A DNA stretch of 64,000 nt from Gemmatimonadota bacterium (GTDB lineage Bacteria; Gemmatimonadota; Gemmatimonadetes; Gemmatimonadales; GWC2-71-9): the NCBI GenBank assembly GCA_020350425.1, contig CP070716.1, positions 2,591,382-2,655,381 on the forward strand. The letters are read 5' to 3'. A model generated the notes under the pieces. The model was not told the origin of the DNA and ran no database searches. It saw nothing but the letters and a program-made list of their open reading frames with translations. Positions 35,535-44,964 of this stretch are shown in pieces. Every line of letters begins with the position of its first letter. The stretch's first letter is position 1. A program made the position numbers and the translations under genes.

Positions 35535-36452
35535 TTACGCCCGGCCCGGGGGAGTGTCAAGCGGCTGGTAACCGTAGGATCTGCCCTGCCGTACCACGCG
35601 CCCCAGCCCGCGCTCGGCGTCGTGCTCGAACACGAGCACCCAACCGTCGGCTTCGGCCCGCGCCAGCAGTGCCCGCTTCGTTTCCAGCGTGACCAGCGGC
35701 TCGAGATCGTAGCCCATGATCCAGGGCAGCGGGAGATGGGCCGCCGTAGGCACCAGATCGCCCAGGAAGCACGCCGTCTCACCCCCGCTCTGGACCAGCA
35801 CCGACTGGTGCCCAGGCACGTGCCCCGGGGTGGGCACGACGCGGATGCCCGGCAGCAGCTCGGCCTCGCCCCGCACCCGCTGCCACCGGCCCGCCCGCGA
35901 GACCGGATCGAAGTTGGGCGGGAGATAGCTGGCGGCGACGCGCTCGTTCCGCTGTCCGGCAAACTCCAGCTCCCGTTCCTGAACGACGTACGTCGCGTTG
36001 GGGAAGGCGATCAGCGTCTCAGGCTCTCCCCCGTCCCGCTCACCCGTCCCCCCTTCGGCGGGTACGTAGGTGTTCCCGCCCGCATGGTCGAAGTGGAGGT
36101 GGGTGTTGATCACATAGCGGATGTCGCCGGCCGTGTAGCCCACCTCCGCGAGCGCGTCGTCGAGCTGCGTGGGTCCGCGCCGACCGGCGTTTTCCACCCC
36201 GTAGATGTCGAGGAACTTGTCGGCCTCCTTGTTGCCCAGCCCCGTATCGACCAACACCGGGCCCGTGTCGTGCTCGATGAGGAGGCAGCGCATGCAGAGG
36301 GGAATGCGGTTCCGCTCATCGGGAGCGATACGCTTCTCCCATAGCGGCTTGGGCACCACCCCGAACATGGCTCCCCCGTCGAGCCGCTGCAGCCCGGCGT
36401 CGAGCGTGTGGCAGGTGAGGCCACCGACGCGGAACGTCGTGACCAGGCTCAT
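35535..36452 (-). CDS. MBL-fold metallo-hydrolase (lactonase-like)
   Basis: Start at the ATG at 36452, preceded by GAGGAGG. HLHFDHAGG (HxHxDH) motif. 305 aa. The ORF-track extension to 37049 is rejected. Confidence 0.85.
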   Translation of the reverse strand: MSLVTTFRVGGLTCHTLDAGLQRLDGGAMFGVVPKPLWEKRIAPDERNRIPLCMRCLLIEHDTGPVLVDTGLGNKEADKFLDIYGVENAGRRGPTQLDDALAEVGYTAGDIRYVINTHLHFDHAGGNTYVPAEGGTGERDGGEPETLIAFPNATYVVQERELEFAGQRNERVAASYLPPNFDPVSRAGRWQRVRGEAELLPGIRVVPTPGHVPGHQSVLVQSGGETACFLGDLVPTAAHLPLPWIMGYDLEPLVTLETKRALLARAEADGWVLVFEHDAERGLGRVVRQGRSYGYQPLDTPPGRA

Positions 36453-37303
36453 GCCTCCTCCACGGGAGTGGGGAGCGCACTCTTCTTGCGCCGGCCGCGG
36501 CGTCCCAGGCCCTGCAGGTCGGTCAACGTCTCCGCTCCCTGCTCCTCGGCGCGCGCCAGCAGGTGCCTCAGGATGTGGGCCGTGGCCAGCGCATCGCCCC
36601 GGGCGCGGTGGCGCTCCGCGATCTCGATGCCGAGGAAGGCCGCCACGCTGTCCAGGCCCCGCGAGCGCAGCCCGGGCAGCAGCCGGCGGGCCAGCCGCAC
36701 CGTGCAAAGCTTCGCGCCCTCGAGATCGAGATCGCGGGTGCGCCGCAACTCGCTTGACAGGAATCCCCAATCGAACGGCGCGTTGTGAGCCACGAAGACG
36801 CGACCGGCAAGCGTCGCGAGCACGTCGTCGGCAATCTCGTCGAACGTGGGCTGGTTCCGCACCATGTCGTCCGTGATCCGGGTGAGCGACTGCACGAAGC
36901 TCGGAATGGGCCGCTCCGGGTTGACGAGCGTCTCGAAGGCGACGTCCACCTCTCCACCCGACAGCGTGACGATGGCCAGCTCCGTGACACGATCCCCCCG
37001 GCCGTACCGCGTTCCGGTCGTTTCCACGTCCACGACCGCGAACGTGCACGAGGCCAGTCGGGGAGACCCGTCGGCCCGCGTCGCCAGCGCCCAGCGGCCG
37101 TCGTGCATCTGGCGGACGCGTGGATCGGCGCCCAGCAGCGCGACGACGACGCGGTCGGCGATCGCGCGACTGGCCCGTGCCAGCCCGAGCACGTCACGCG
37201 CGAGCGTCAGGCTGTCGGCGGCGTCCTGCCGGAGCCGTCGCAGCGCGCGATCGACCAGGGTGCCGCGCGGGGCCGCGCGTACACCCTCTGTGCTTGCACT
37301 CAT
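36449..37303 (-). CDS. DnaQ-family 3'-5' exonuclease
   Basis: Exo motifs VVDVETTG, VAHNAPFDWGFL and HRARGDA. About 85-aa N-terminal extension. Start set to the ATG at 37303. The stop forms an ATGA overlap with the MBL gene start. Confidence 0.8.
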   Translation of the reverse strand: MSASTEGVRAAPRGTLVDRALRRLRQDAADSLTLARDVLGLARASRAIADRVVVALLGADPRVRQMHDGRWALATRADGSPRLASCTFAVVDVETTGTRYGRGDRVTELAIVTLSGGEVDVAFETLVNPERPIPSFVQSLTRITDDMVRNQPTFDEIADDVLATLAGRVFVAHNAPFDWGFLSSELRRTRDLDLEGAKLCTVRLARRLLPGLRSRGLDSVAAFLGIEIAERHRARGDALATAHILRHLLARAEEQGAETLTDLQGLGRRGRRKKSALPTPVEEA

Positions 37304-37337
37304 GCAGCGCAATCTACACGGGTGTGGACTCGGCGGC

Positions 37338-38132
37338 TCAACGCGCCAACGCCTGGAACAGGGACACGAACGTCGTCGCCGGCAGCGTCTCGCCGCGGGC
37401 CTTGGGATCGACGCCCATTTCCTGAAGGCATGCCTGCACGCGGTCGCGCGCGGCCCCGGTGACGCCACACAGCGCCCCCACCAGCTGCTTGCGCCGGCGC
37501 CCGAAGAGCGCGGTCACGAACCGCCTGAACGCCTCCTGCTCGGCCGCCGCCACCAGCGGGCGCTCCAGCGGCAGCAATCGCACCACGGCCGAGTCCACTC
37601 TGGGGGGCGGCCGGAACGCGCCGGCGGGCACGTCGAAGAGCCGCTCCGCCCGCGCCACCGCCTGCACCCCCACCGAAAGCGCGCCGTAGGTCTTGCCACC
37701 GGGTTGTGCCGCGAGACGGTCCGCGACCTCGCGCTGGACGAGGAAGACCACTATCGCGGGCATCGGAGGGGTGAGGGCCTTGTCGATCAGGGGAGAGGTG
37801 ATCGCGTAGGGGATGTTGCCGGTGACCTTCCAGGCCTCGCCTTCAAGTGCGTCCGAGGCCAAGGCATGCCAGTCCTGCTCCAGCGCATCACCCGCGATCA
37901 CCGTCGCGTTGTCGGGCAGCGTGTCGGGCTCCGCCCGCACCCGCTCCGCCAACCGCCGATCTCTCTCGATCGCCACCACCCTCCCGACACGCGCCGCCAG
38001 GCGCCGCGTCAGCGTCCCGCGCCCCGCCCCGATCTCGAGCACCGTGTCATGGAGATGCGGATCGAGCGCGTCCACGATCCGGTCGAGAATCGAGGGATCG
38101 AACAGGAAGTGCTGGCCGAGGCGACGGCCCAC
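37338..38132 (-). CDS. rsmA: 16S rRNA (adenine1518/1519-N6)-dimethyltransferase
   Basis: LGQHFL and EIGAGRGTLT motifs. 264 aa. GTG start directly abutting the upstream stop codon. Confidence 0.93.
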   Translation of the reverse strand: MGRRLGQHFLFDPSILDRIVDALDPHLHDTVLEIGAGRGTLTRRLAARVGRVVAIERDRRLAERVRAEPDTLPDNATVIAGDALEQDWHALASDALEGEAWKVTGNIPYAITSPLIDKALTPPMPAIVVFLVQREVADRLAAQPGGKTYGALSVGVQAVARAERLFDVPAGAFRPPPRVDSAVVRLLPLERPLVAAAEQEAFRRFVTALFGRRRKQLVGALCGVTGAARDRVQACLQEMGVDPKARGETLPATTFVSLFQALAR

Positions 38133-39671
38133 CTAGATCCGCAGCGCCAGGATGGTACGGTCGTCCTGCGCCACGGCCTCGAACGCCGCCGCCTCGGCGA
38201 GCACGGCTTCCACGATCTCGGTGGCGGGGCCGGCCCGATGGGCGGTCGCCAACTGCAGCACCCGCTCCTCCCCCAGCTGCTCGCCCTCTTCGTTGCGCGC
38301 CTCCACGATGCCGTCGGAGAAGACCAGCAGCGTATCGTCACCGCGCACCCACTTCGCCTCGGCGGCAACGATCGCGTCGGCCTTGGCGAGCCCCAATGGG
38401 GGGGACGTCGCGCCCAGCCGCTCCACACCGCCCGGGGTGACGCGGAAGGCGTGGGGATGCCCCGCGTTGGCGTAGCGCAACAGGCCGGCATCGGGGTCGA
38501 GCACCCCGTAGAAGAGCGAGAGGTGCATCTCCGTCTCCGCCAGCTCCTGCTCCACCGACTCGAGCAGGCGGCGCAGCATGCCGTCGGGCGAGGCGATCTC
38601 GGCCGCGTGGATGCCCGCCGCCGAGAGCACCAGAGCCATGATGAGGGCCGCCGGGAAGCCGTGCGACGACACGTCCCCCAGCATGACCCCGACGCGCCCC
38701 CCGGACAGCCGCACGAAGTCGTAGAAGTCGCCCCCGACCGTGCGCGCAGGGATGCACCGCGCCGCGGCATCCACCGCTGCCCCGAGGATCTCCGGCGACG
38801 GCAACAGCTTGAGCTGCAGCCCGTGGGCCAACTCGAGCTCCCGCCGCACGCGCTGTTGCGCGAGATCTCGCTCGACCAGGCGCGCGTTCTCGATGGCCGC
38901 CCCGATCTGGCTTGCCACCGCGCCCACGAGGCGCCGCTCGCCCCCGCTGAACACGTCGGTTCCCAGGCGGTCGGTGAGGTTGATGACACCGATCGCCCGC
39001 GGCACGCCCTCGGGCGTGGGGTAGATGATGGGATAGGAGAGGAAGGCGGAGCCCCGGTAGCCTCGATCCGGTCCGATACCGGGATTGGGATCGTTGGCGC
39101 TTCGTGGATCGTAGGCCACCGGCCGCCGGGAACGGAACACCCGCGCCGTGATCGACTCGCCGTCGTCCACGTCGATGCTCGCGAGCTCCCCGACTTCCTT
39201 GCCCAGTGCGGCCACCGGCCGCAGGACGCCGCCCGCTTCATCGTGCACGAAGATCGATGCCCGGTGCGCCCCCACCACGTCGCTGACCTCGCGCAGAATC
39301 GTCTCGGCCGCCCGCTCCAACCGGATCGTGCGTCCCAGGATGCCGCTGATGGTGTACAGGAGCTCGGTCTCTTCGTAGCGGGACGCCAGCTGCTTCGCGA
39401 GGTTCAGGGTGTCTTGCTCGCCTTCGATCAGTCGGGCCAGCAACGGGCCGACGGTGCCGGCGACCCCCGCCGGATCGCGCTCGCACTCGACGATCTCGAA
39501 CCAGTACCCCTCCGTATCGGGCACCTGCGCCACCCAGCGCGTCGCGTCCGTCGGGATCACGCCCCCGGCGTCGTCCACTCGCACCGGCGGCGGCTCCACG
39601 CCCCCCACGTCGAGCACGGGCCGCAACCGTCCTCGACCGTAGCGCCACAGCCGAATTCGACACCCGACCAT
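38133..39671 (-). CDS. GAF-domain PP2C/SpoIIE-type phosphatase (RsbU-like)
   Basis: 512 aa. GAF-like N-half; SpoIIE/PP2C C-half with GGDFYDF, GDVSSHG and SDGIVEA. Confidence 0.85.
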   Translation of the reverse strand: MVGCRIRLWRYGRGRLRPVLDVGGVEPPPVRVDDAGGVIPTDATRWVAQVPDTEGYWFEIVECERDPAGVAGTVGPLLARLIEGEQDTLNLAKQLASRYEETELLYTISGILGRTIRLERAAETILREVSDVVGAHRASIFVHDEAGGVLRPVAALGKEVGELASIDVDDGESITARVFRSRRPVAYDPRSANDPNPGIGPDRGYRGSAFLSYPIIYPTPEGVPRAIGVINLTDRLGTDVFSGGERRLVGAVASQIGAAIENARLVERDLAQQRVRRELELAHGLQLKLLPSPEILGAAVDAAARCIPARTVGGDFYDFVRLSGGRVGVMLGDVSSHGFPAALIMALVLSAAGIHAAEIASPDGMLRRLLESVEQELAETEMHLSLFYGVLDPDAGLLRYANAGHPHAFRVTPGGVERLGATSPPLGLAKADAIVAAEAKWVRGDDTLLVFSDGIVEARNEEGEQLGEERVLQLATAHRAGPATEIVEAVLAEAAAFEAVAQDDRTILALRI

Positions 39672-39706
39672 CGCCCCGAGCGACTGCAGAATCCCCTCGA
39701 AGCGCT

Positions 39707-40177
39707 CTAGGCGCGGCGCATGATCATGCAGATGGCGTTTCCTCGGGGATTGAAGTGGACCTCGTCCACCAGCTGGCGGATGAGGAAGAGGCCGCGGCCC
39801 TGATTGAGCTCGATGCGATCGGGCTCGGTGGGATCGGGAACCACCGAGGGATCGAAGCCGTCGCCCTCGTCACAGACGTGCAGTGCGACGGCCTCGTCTC
39901 CGACCTCGACGCGGACGTCGACACGCTTCGCCGGATCGAGCTGGTTCCCGTACACGATGGCGTTGGCCAGCGCCTCGCACAGCACGACGCGCACGACGAA
40001 ACGCGCCGCCTTGGGCGGTACGCCGCTGGCCAGACAATGGCGGGCGACGAGGTCGACCGCCTCCTCCACCACATCGAGATCCGTGGGAACCCGAACCGAG
40101 ATGTTGATGCGTCGGCTCTCGGAGTCCGGTGGGGCGGACTCGCTGCGACGGACGTAGAGCCTGAGCGGGGCCGTCAC
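39707..40177 (-). CDS. anti-sigma-factor-type serine kinase (RsbW/SpoIIAB-like HATPase)
   Basis: 156 aa with N-box ALANAIVYGN, G1 DEGDGFD and G2 GRGLFLIRQL. GTG start. Confidence 0.8.
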   Translation of the reverse strand: MTAPLRLYVRRSESAPPDSESRRINISVRVPTDLDVVEEAVDLVARHCLASGVPPKAARFVVRVVLCEALANAIVYGNQLDPAKRVDVRVEVGDEAVALHVCDEGDGFDPSVVPDPTEPDRIELNQGRGLFLIRQLVDEVHFNPRGNAICMIMRRA

Positions 40178-40181
40178 GTCG

Positions 40182-40520
40182 TCAGAAGGAGGCGGTCGCC
40201 TCCTCTGCCGAACCCATGATGGTGAAGAGGGTGTCGAGCTTCGTCAGCTCGAACAGGGTCCGCAGGTCGTCGTTCAGCCCGGCGAGCCGCAGATCGCCGC
40301 CTGTCTCGCGAATCTTCTTGGAGAGAGACACCAGCACACCCAAGCCCGACGAGTCGATGTAGCCGGTCTCGGCAAAATCAACCACGAACTTCCTCTCCCC
40401 CGCCTCGATGGAGTCCATCACCTTCTTCTTGAGATCGTGCCGGTTGCCAACGATCAGCTGGCCGTCCACGCCGATCACGACGACGCCCTTCGCCTCGTCC
40501 TTTCGCACCGTGAAGCTCAT
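40182..40520 (-). CDS. STAS-domain anti-anti-sigma factor-like protein (RsbV/SpoIIAA-like)
   Basis: 112 aa with the phosphorylatable-Ser motif [10 protein letters not shown]. Its ATG forms an ATGA overlap with the pta stop. Confidence 0.85.
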   Translation of the reverse strand: MSFTVRKDEAKGVVVIGVDGQLIVGNRHDLKKKVMDSIEAGERKFVVDFAETGYIDSSGLGVLVSLSKKIRETGGDLRLAGLNDDLRTLFELTKLDTLFTIMGSAEEATASF

Positions 40521-41515
40521 GCCTCCTCCTCCCTTGGAAGCCCAGTCGATTCGCCCGCCTGCAGCACGGCGACAGCGGCGACATCTACGACGTCGTCGGC
40601 CGTCGCGCCGCGGGAGAGGTCCATCATCGGGCGCGCGAGCCCCTGCAGGACGGGGCCCGTTGCGGTCGCACCGGCCAGGCGCTGAACCAGTTTGTATGCA
40701 ATGTTGCCGCTGTCAAGGTCGGGGAAGATGAGCACGTTGGCGCAGCCGCCGACCGCCGAGTGTGGAGCCTTCTGCTCCGCCACCGCAGGGACGATGGCGG
40801 CGTCGCCCTGGAGCTCGCCGTCGCACTGAATGTCTGGCGCCAGCTGGCGAAACCGCTCCACGGCCCGCCGTACCTTGTCCACCTTGGGCCCGCCCGCGCT
40901 GCCACTGGTGCTGTACGACAAGAACGCCACGACCGGATCCTCGTCCACCACCAGGAGGTGGTCGCGCGCCGCCGCCAGGGCGATCTCGGCGAGCTGGGCG
41001 GCGTCGGGATCGGGCACCACCCCGCAGTCGGCGAAGGTCAACACGCTGGCCCCCTCCCCGCAGGGCCCCCGGGCCAGCCGGAACAGGGCGTGGCCGGGCG
41101 CCTCGTCGAACGCCATGTAGAACGCGCTGCTCACGGTCGTAATGCCGGGTGCCCGGCCGATGGCCCAGAACGCCGCCCGGAGCACGTCGGCCGTGGGGTG
41201 CACCGCCCCCGCCACGGCGGCGTCTACCTCTCCGAGCGCCACCAGTCCGGCGGCGAAGTAGAGGGGGTCGGCAGCCAGCTCGTGCGCCCGGGCGGGACCG
41301 CTCACCTTGTCCGGACGCCGGGCCGCCAGCAGCTCGGCGATGCGGTCCACCCGCGGATCGCCGGCCATGGAACGCTCCAGCAACACGGGCTCGGCCACGG
41401 CCTCCCGCTCCAGCATCCCGGCCGCCTGCCGCACCCGTTCGTCCCATCCTTCGGCGAGCACAACGCGGCAGCCCCGGGCGCCCGCCCGCCGGCGCAGGTC
41501 GTTCCGAAAGCTCAC
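40517..41515 (-). CDS. pta: phosphate acetyl/butyryl transferase (PTA_PTB family)
   Basis: 332 aa with [11 protein letters not shown]...[11 protein letters not shown]...[20 protein letters not shown] start overlapping the coaD stop. Confidence 0.8.
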   Translation of the reverse strand: MSFRNDLRRRAGARGCRVVLAEGWDERVRQAAGMLEREAVAEPVLLERSMAGDPRVDRIAELLAARRPDKVSGPARAHELAADPLYFAAGLVALGEVDAAVAGAVHPTADVLRAAFWAIGRAPGITTVSSAFYMAFDEAPGHALFRLARGPCGEGASVLTFADCGVVPDPDAAQLAEIALAAARDHLLVVDEDPVVAFLSYSTSGSAGGPKVDKVRRAVERFRQLAPDIQCDGELQGDAAIVPAVAEQKAPHSAVGGCANVLIFPDLDSGNIAYKLVQRLAGATATGPVLQGLARPMMDLSRGATADDVVDVAAVAVLQAGESTGLPREEEA

Positions 41516-41994
41516 GCGGCGTACTTCGCCTTGAGCGCCTTCTCGACCACGGGATGCACGAACGGACCCACGTCCCCGTCGAGCCGTGCGACCTCCCGCA
41601 CCAGGCTCGAGCTCAGGTAGGTGAGGTGCAGCGCCGGCACGAGAAACACCGTCTCCAGCTCGGGATCCAGCTCGCGGTTCATCAGCGCCATCTGCGACTC
41701 GTAATCGAAGTCACTCACGGCCCGCAGGCCACGGATCACCATGCGCGCCCCCGCGTCCCGCGCGAACTCGGCGAGCAACCCGTCGAACGAGCGCACCTCC
41801 ACGCGTGGCTCGTCCCGCAGCACCTCCTGGAGCAGCGCCACCCGCTCCTCCAGCGCGAAGAGCGGCGCCTTCTCGAGATTCACGGCCACGGCAACGACCA
41901 CCTTGTCGGCGAGGTGCAGGGAGCGCCGCACGATGTCCTCGTGGCCGCGGGTGACGGGATCGAACGAGCCGGGGTAGATCGCGATTCGTGTCAT
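41512..41994 (-). CDS. coaD: phosphopantetheine adenylyltransferase
   Basis: [18 protein letters not shown] (T/HxGH motif). 160 aa. Confidence 0.95.
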   Translation of the reverse strand: MTRIAIYPGSFDPVTRGHEDIVRRSLHLADKVVVAVAVNLEKAPLFALEERVALLQEVLRDEPRVEVRSFDGLLAEFARDAGARMVIRGLRAVSDFDYESQMALMNRELDPELETVFLVPALHLTYLSSSLVREVARLDGDVGPFVHPVVEKALKAKYAA

Positions 41995-42506
41995 GGCAGA
42001 TAGCAGAAGGTCAGGGCCACGTCACCGTAGCGCCGGGTGTCGTCGCCGGGAAGCGCGAGCGTCACACGATGCTCCACGCAGAGCACGGACGCAAACCGCC
42101 GTTCGCGGAAGATCTCCACGAGCCGCTGGGCATGATCAGTAGTATACGGCGGGTCCGCCAGCGCAACATCATAGGCCCCCTCCGGCAGTCGGGCGGCAAT
42201 CCGCAGGGCGTCGCCCCGCCGGATACGCACCCGATCGCTCACGCCGAGCGTCGCCACGTTCGCCTTGAGGGCTGCCACGGATGGCGGCAGCAGCTCCACG
42301 AACTCCACACGCTCGGCGCCGCGCGAGAGCGCCTCGAGCCCCAATGCCCCGGAGCCGGCGAACAGATCGAGTACGCTGGCGCCCACGATCCGCTCGCCCA
42401 GGATGCTGAACCACGCCTCCCGCACCTTTTCGGTGGTGGGCCGCACCCGGGTGTCGTTGGGCTCTTCGAGTGGGCGTCCCTTGAACTCGCCGGCGATGAT
42501 GCGCAT
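41991..42506 (-). CDS. rsmD: 16S rRNA (guanine966-N2)-methyltransferase
   Basis: Start at the ATG at 42506 (MRIIAGEFKGR). DLFAGSGALGLEALSRGA and DPPY motifs. Confidence 0.9.
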   Translation of the reverse strand: MRIIAGEFKGRPLEEPNDTRVRPTTEKVREAWFSILGERIVGASVLDLFAGSGALGLEALSRGAERVEFVELLPPSVAALKANVATLGVSDRVRIRRGDALRIAARLPEGAYDVALADPPYTTDHAQRLVEIFRERRFASVLCVEHRVTLALPGDDTRRYGDVALTFCYLP

Positions 42507-42520
42507 GGATCCGCCCTCTC

Positions 42521-44260
42521 CTACGAGCCGCCGCCGGGAGCCGGCCCTTCCCCCCCGCCGCTGGGTCGGATCCCCACCACTCTGGCCTGCAGATGGCTCC
42601 GCCCCCGCCACTCGTTGCGCTCCAGCCTGAGCGCGACATCCACAGGGGCGCTCCACCAGCCCGACACCACGCGATCGGCCCAGTTGAAGGCAATCGCCTC
42701 GATGCGCCCCGTGCCGTCGTCCAGCGTGAACTTGAGGTGGTTGGCGCCCACGGTGTTCTGGTTGCGCACGCCGGCCGCGATCACGCCGAACACCGGGGCG
42801 GGATTGCCCGGGCCGCACGGCTCGAGGTGTCGCAGCAGCCGCTCCAGCTCGTCGTCCAGCCGCTCGAGCGGGACCACGGCATCGATCCGTTGCGTGGGCA
42901 CCAGGTCCTCCGGCGCGAGCCGTTCCCGCGCCACCGCGCTGAAGGCCTGGCGGAAGGCTCCCAGCCGGTCGCGCCGCAGCGTGAGGCCCGCCGCCATCTT
43001 GTGGCCACCGAAGCGCTCCAACTGGGGCGCGCACGCCTCCAACGCCCCGTGCAGGTCGAAGCCAGCGATCGACCGCCCCGATCCCCTCGCCTCCTCACCA
43101 TCCAGCGCCACCAGGACAGCTGGGCGGGCATACCGCTCTACCACGCGCGAGGCCACCAGCCCGATGACCCCCGGGTGCCAACCCTCGCGGGCCAGCACGA
43201 GCCCGAAGTCCCGATCCAGGTCCGCGTGGGCGTCGATCTCCGCGAGGGCCTCCTCCAGCGTGCGCTCGTCCACCGCCTGGCGCTGCTCGTTGATGCGCTC
43301 CAACCGCCGCGCCAGCTCGTGCGCCTCCGCCTCGTCGTCCGAGAGCAGGAGCCTCACGCCATCCATCGCCTCGCCGATCCGCCCCGCGGCGTTGAGCCTC
43401 GGAGCCAGGATGAACCCCACCTGGCCCGCCCGCAGCTCCCGCCCCGCGAGTCCCGCCGTCTCCACCAGCGCCCGCACGCCGCGCCAGCGCGACGCCGCCA
43501 GCAGCTTGAGCCCATAGCGCACGAGGGTACGGTTCTCGCCGGTGAGCGGCACGACGTCGGCGACCGTGGCAAGCGCCACCAGGTCGAGAAAGTGGAACGG
43601 GAGGGTTTCGGGGAGGTCGAGGGGGCCGACCAGCGCCTGGGCGAGCTTGAAGGCGACGCCCGCGCCGCACAGGTGTCCCAGCGCCGCGTCGCAGTCCGGG
43701 TGTTGCGGGTTGACCACCGCGTTGGCGGGTGCGACGACCCCGGGGAGGTGATGGTCGGTCACGACCACGTCGATCCCCTCTGCCCGCGCCTGGCGAATCG
43801 GCTCGACCGCCGTGGTGCCGCAGTCGCACGTCACGATCAGCGAGGCGCCGTGCGCGCGGGCCTGCGCGAGTCCGGCCGGCCCGAAGTCGTACCCGTCGCG
43901 GATCCTGTGGGGCACGAAGGGCACGACGTGCGCCCCGCTCTCCCGCAGCACCCGCGTGAGGAGTGTGGTGGCACACTGGCCGTCGACGTCGTAATCCCCG
44001 TGCACGAGAATCGTGCGCCCGTCGCGCACCGCGCCGCGCACGAGCGCCACGGCCGTCTCCATGCCGCGCAAGGCATACGGATCGGCAAGCGACTCGAGCT
44101 CGGGACGGAGGAAGCGTTTGGCGTCGGTCGGTGCAGAGAGACCGCGCCGTACCAGCAACGCGGCGAGGGTCTCCGGGATGTTGAGGGCCTGCACCAGCGG
44201 ATCGACCTGCGCCGGGTCCGACGGCGGCGCCACGGCCCACCGGGCCAGGGCTGCGGTCAT
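42521..44260 (-). CDS. recJ: single-stranded-DNA-specific exonuclease RecJ
   Basis: DHH-family motifs LVHGDYDVDG, VVTDHH and GGHKMAAG. Start set to the ATG at 44260, which forms an ATGA overlap with the upstream stop. Confidence 0.9.
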   Translation of the reverse strand: MTAALARWAVAPPSDPAQVDPLVQALNIPETLAALLVRRGLSAPTDAKRFLRPELESLADPYALRGMETAVALVRGAVRDGRTILVHGDYDVDGQCATTLLTRVLRESGAHVVPFVPHRIRDGYDFGPAGLAQARAHGASLIVTCDCGTTAVEPIRQARAEGIDVVVTDHHLPGVVAPANAVVNPQHPDCDAALGHLCGAGVAFKLAQALVGPLDLPETLPFHFLDLVALATVADVVPLTGENRTLVRYGLKLLAASRWRGVRALVETAGLAGRELRAGQVGFILAPRLNAAGRIGEAMDGVRLLLSDDEAEAHELARRLERINEQRQAVDERTLEEALAEIDAHADLDRDFGLVLAREGWHPGVIGLVASRVVERYARPAVLVALDGEEARGSGRSIAGFDLHGALEACAPQLERFGGHKMAAGLTLRRDRLGAFRQAFSAVARERLAPEDLVPTQRIDAVVPLERLDDELERLLRHLEPCGPGNPAPVFGVIAAGVRNQNTVGANHLKFTLDDGTGRIEAIAFNWADRVVSGWWSAPVDVALRLERNEWRGRSHLQARVVGIRPSGGGEGPAPGGGS

Positions 44261-44964
44261 TCGCCGCCGTCGTAGATCAGCACTCCGCACGCCTCGCAGG
44301 GCTCCACGCCGCGGCCCCCGAGCACCTTCTGCCGCCGATGCAACGGCACGGCCGTGAAGCAGTGGCCACACGCCCCGTTGTGAATCGGGTAGAGGGCGAG
44401 CGGCGCGCGCCCCTGACGAATCCGATCGTACCGATCCTGCAGCACCGCCGGCACCGGCTTGGCGGTCTCGGCGCGATCGGCGCGGGCGGCGCGGAGCTTG
44501 TCGTCGATCTCGGCCTGCTTCGCCGCGATCTCCTCCCGCTTGGGCCCCTGGGCCGCCCGCAGCTCCTCGAGCTGTCCCTCCTCCTGCTCCGCTATGCCCT
44601 TGGCCTCCTGCACCTTGTCAGCGGAGCGCACCCACTCGGCCTCCTCCTTGGCCAGCACGGTACGGGCGAGGTCCAGCTCCGCCATGAGGTTGGAGGCCTC
44701 CTTGGCTCCCCGCACCCACTCGAGTCGCTGCCGCCGCCGCTCCTGCATGACACGGTAGCTCTCGATCTTCCCCTCCAGCTCCTGGCGGCGCTTGTCGGCC
44801 TGTTCGACCCGCAGCTTGGCGGCACCGAGCACCTCCTCCGCGCGGGCGAGTTCGTCGTCCAACTGCTGCACCTCGGGCTCGAGGGCAGTGAGTTCGGCTT
44901 CCAGCTGCATTACGATCTTGTCCTTCTCCTGCAGCTTCAACAGCGCTTCGAGATCAGCGTGCAC
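44257..44964 (-). CDS. coiled-coil zinc-ribbon protein (COG1579/DUF164-like)
   Basis: 235 aa. Long coiled coil plus C-terminal CGHC...CEAC zinc ribbon. GTG start. Confidence 0.75.
   Translation of the reverse strand: MHADLEALLKLQEKDKIVMQLEAELTALEPEVQQLDDELARAEEVLGAAKLRVEQADKRRQELEGKIESYRVMQERRRQRLEWVRGAKEASNLMAELDLARTVLAKEEAEWVRSADKVQEAKGIAEQEEGQLEELRAAQGPKREEIAAKQAEIDDKLRAARADRAETAKPVPAVLQDRYDRIRQGRAPLALYPIHNGACGHCFTAVPLHRRQKVLGGRGVEPCEACGVLIYDGGE

Noticed and set aside
35535-37049. 504-aa ORF containing the MBL hydrolase
   Set aside because: The N-terminal 199 codons overlap the DnaQ-like exonuclease gene in another frame. The ATG at 36452 has a strong SD and gives a normal MBL protein.
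36846-39710. 954-aa plus-strand ORF opposite rsmA and the GAF-PP2C phosphatase gene
   Set aside because: It is an in-register antisense shadow of two well-supported minus-strand genes, and its composition is not protein-like.
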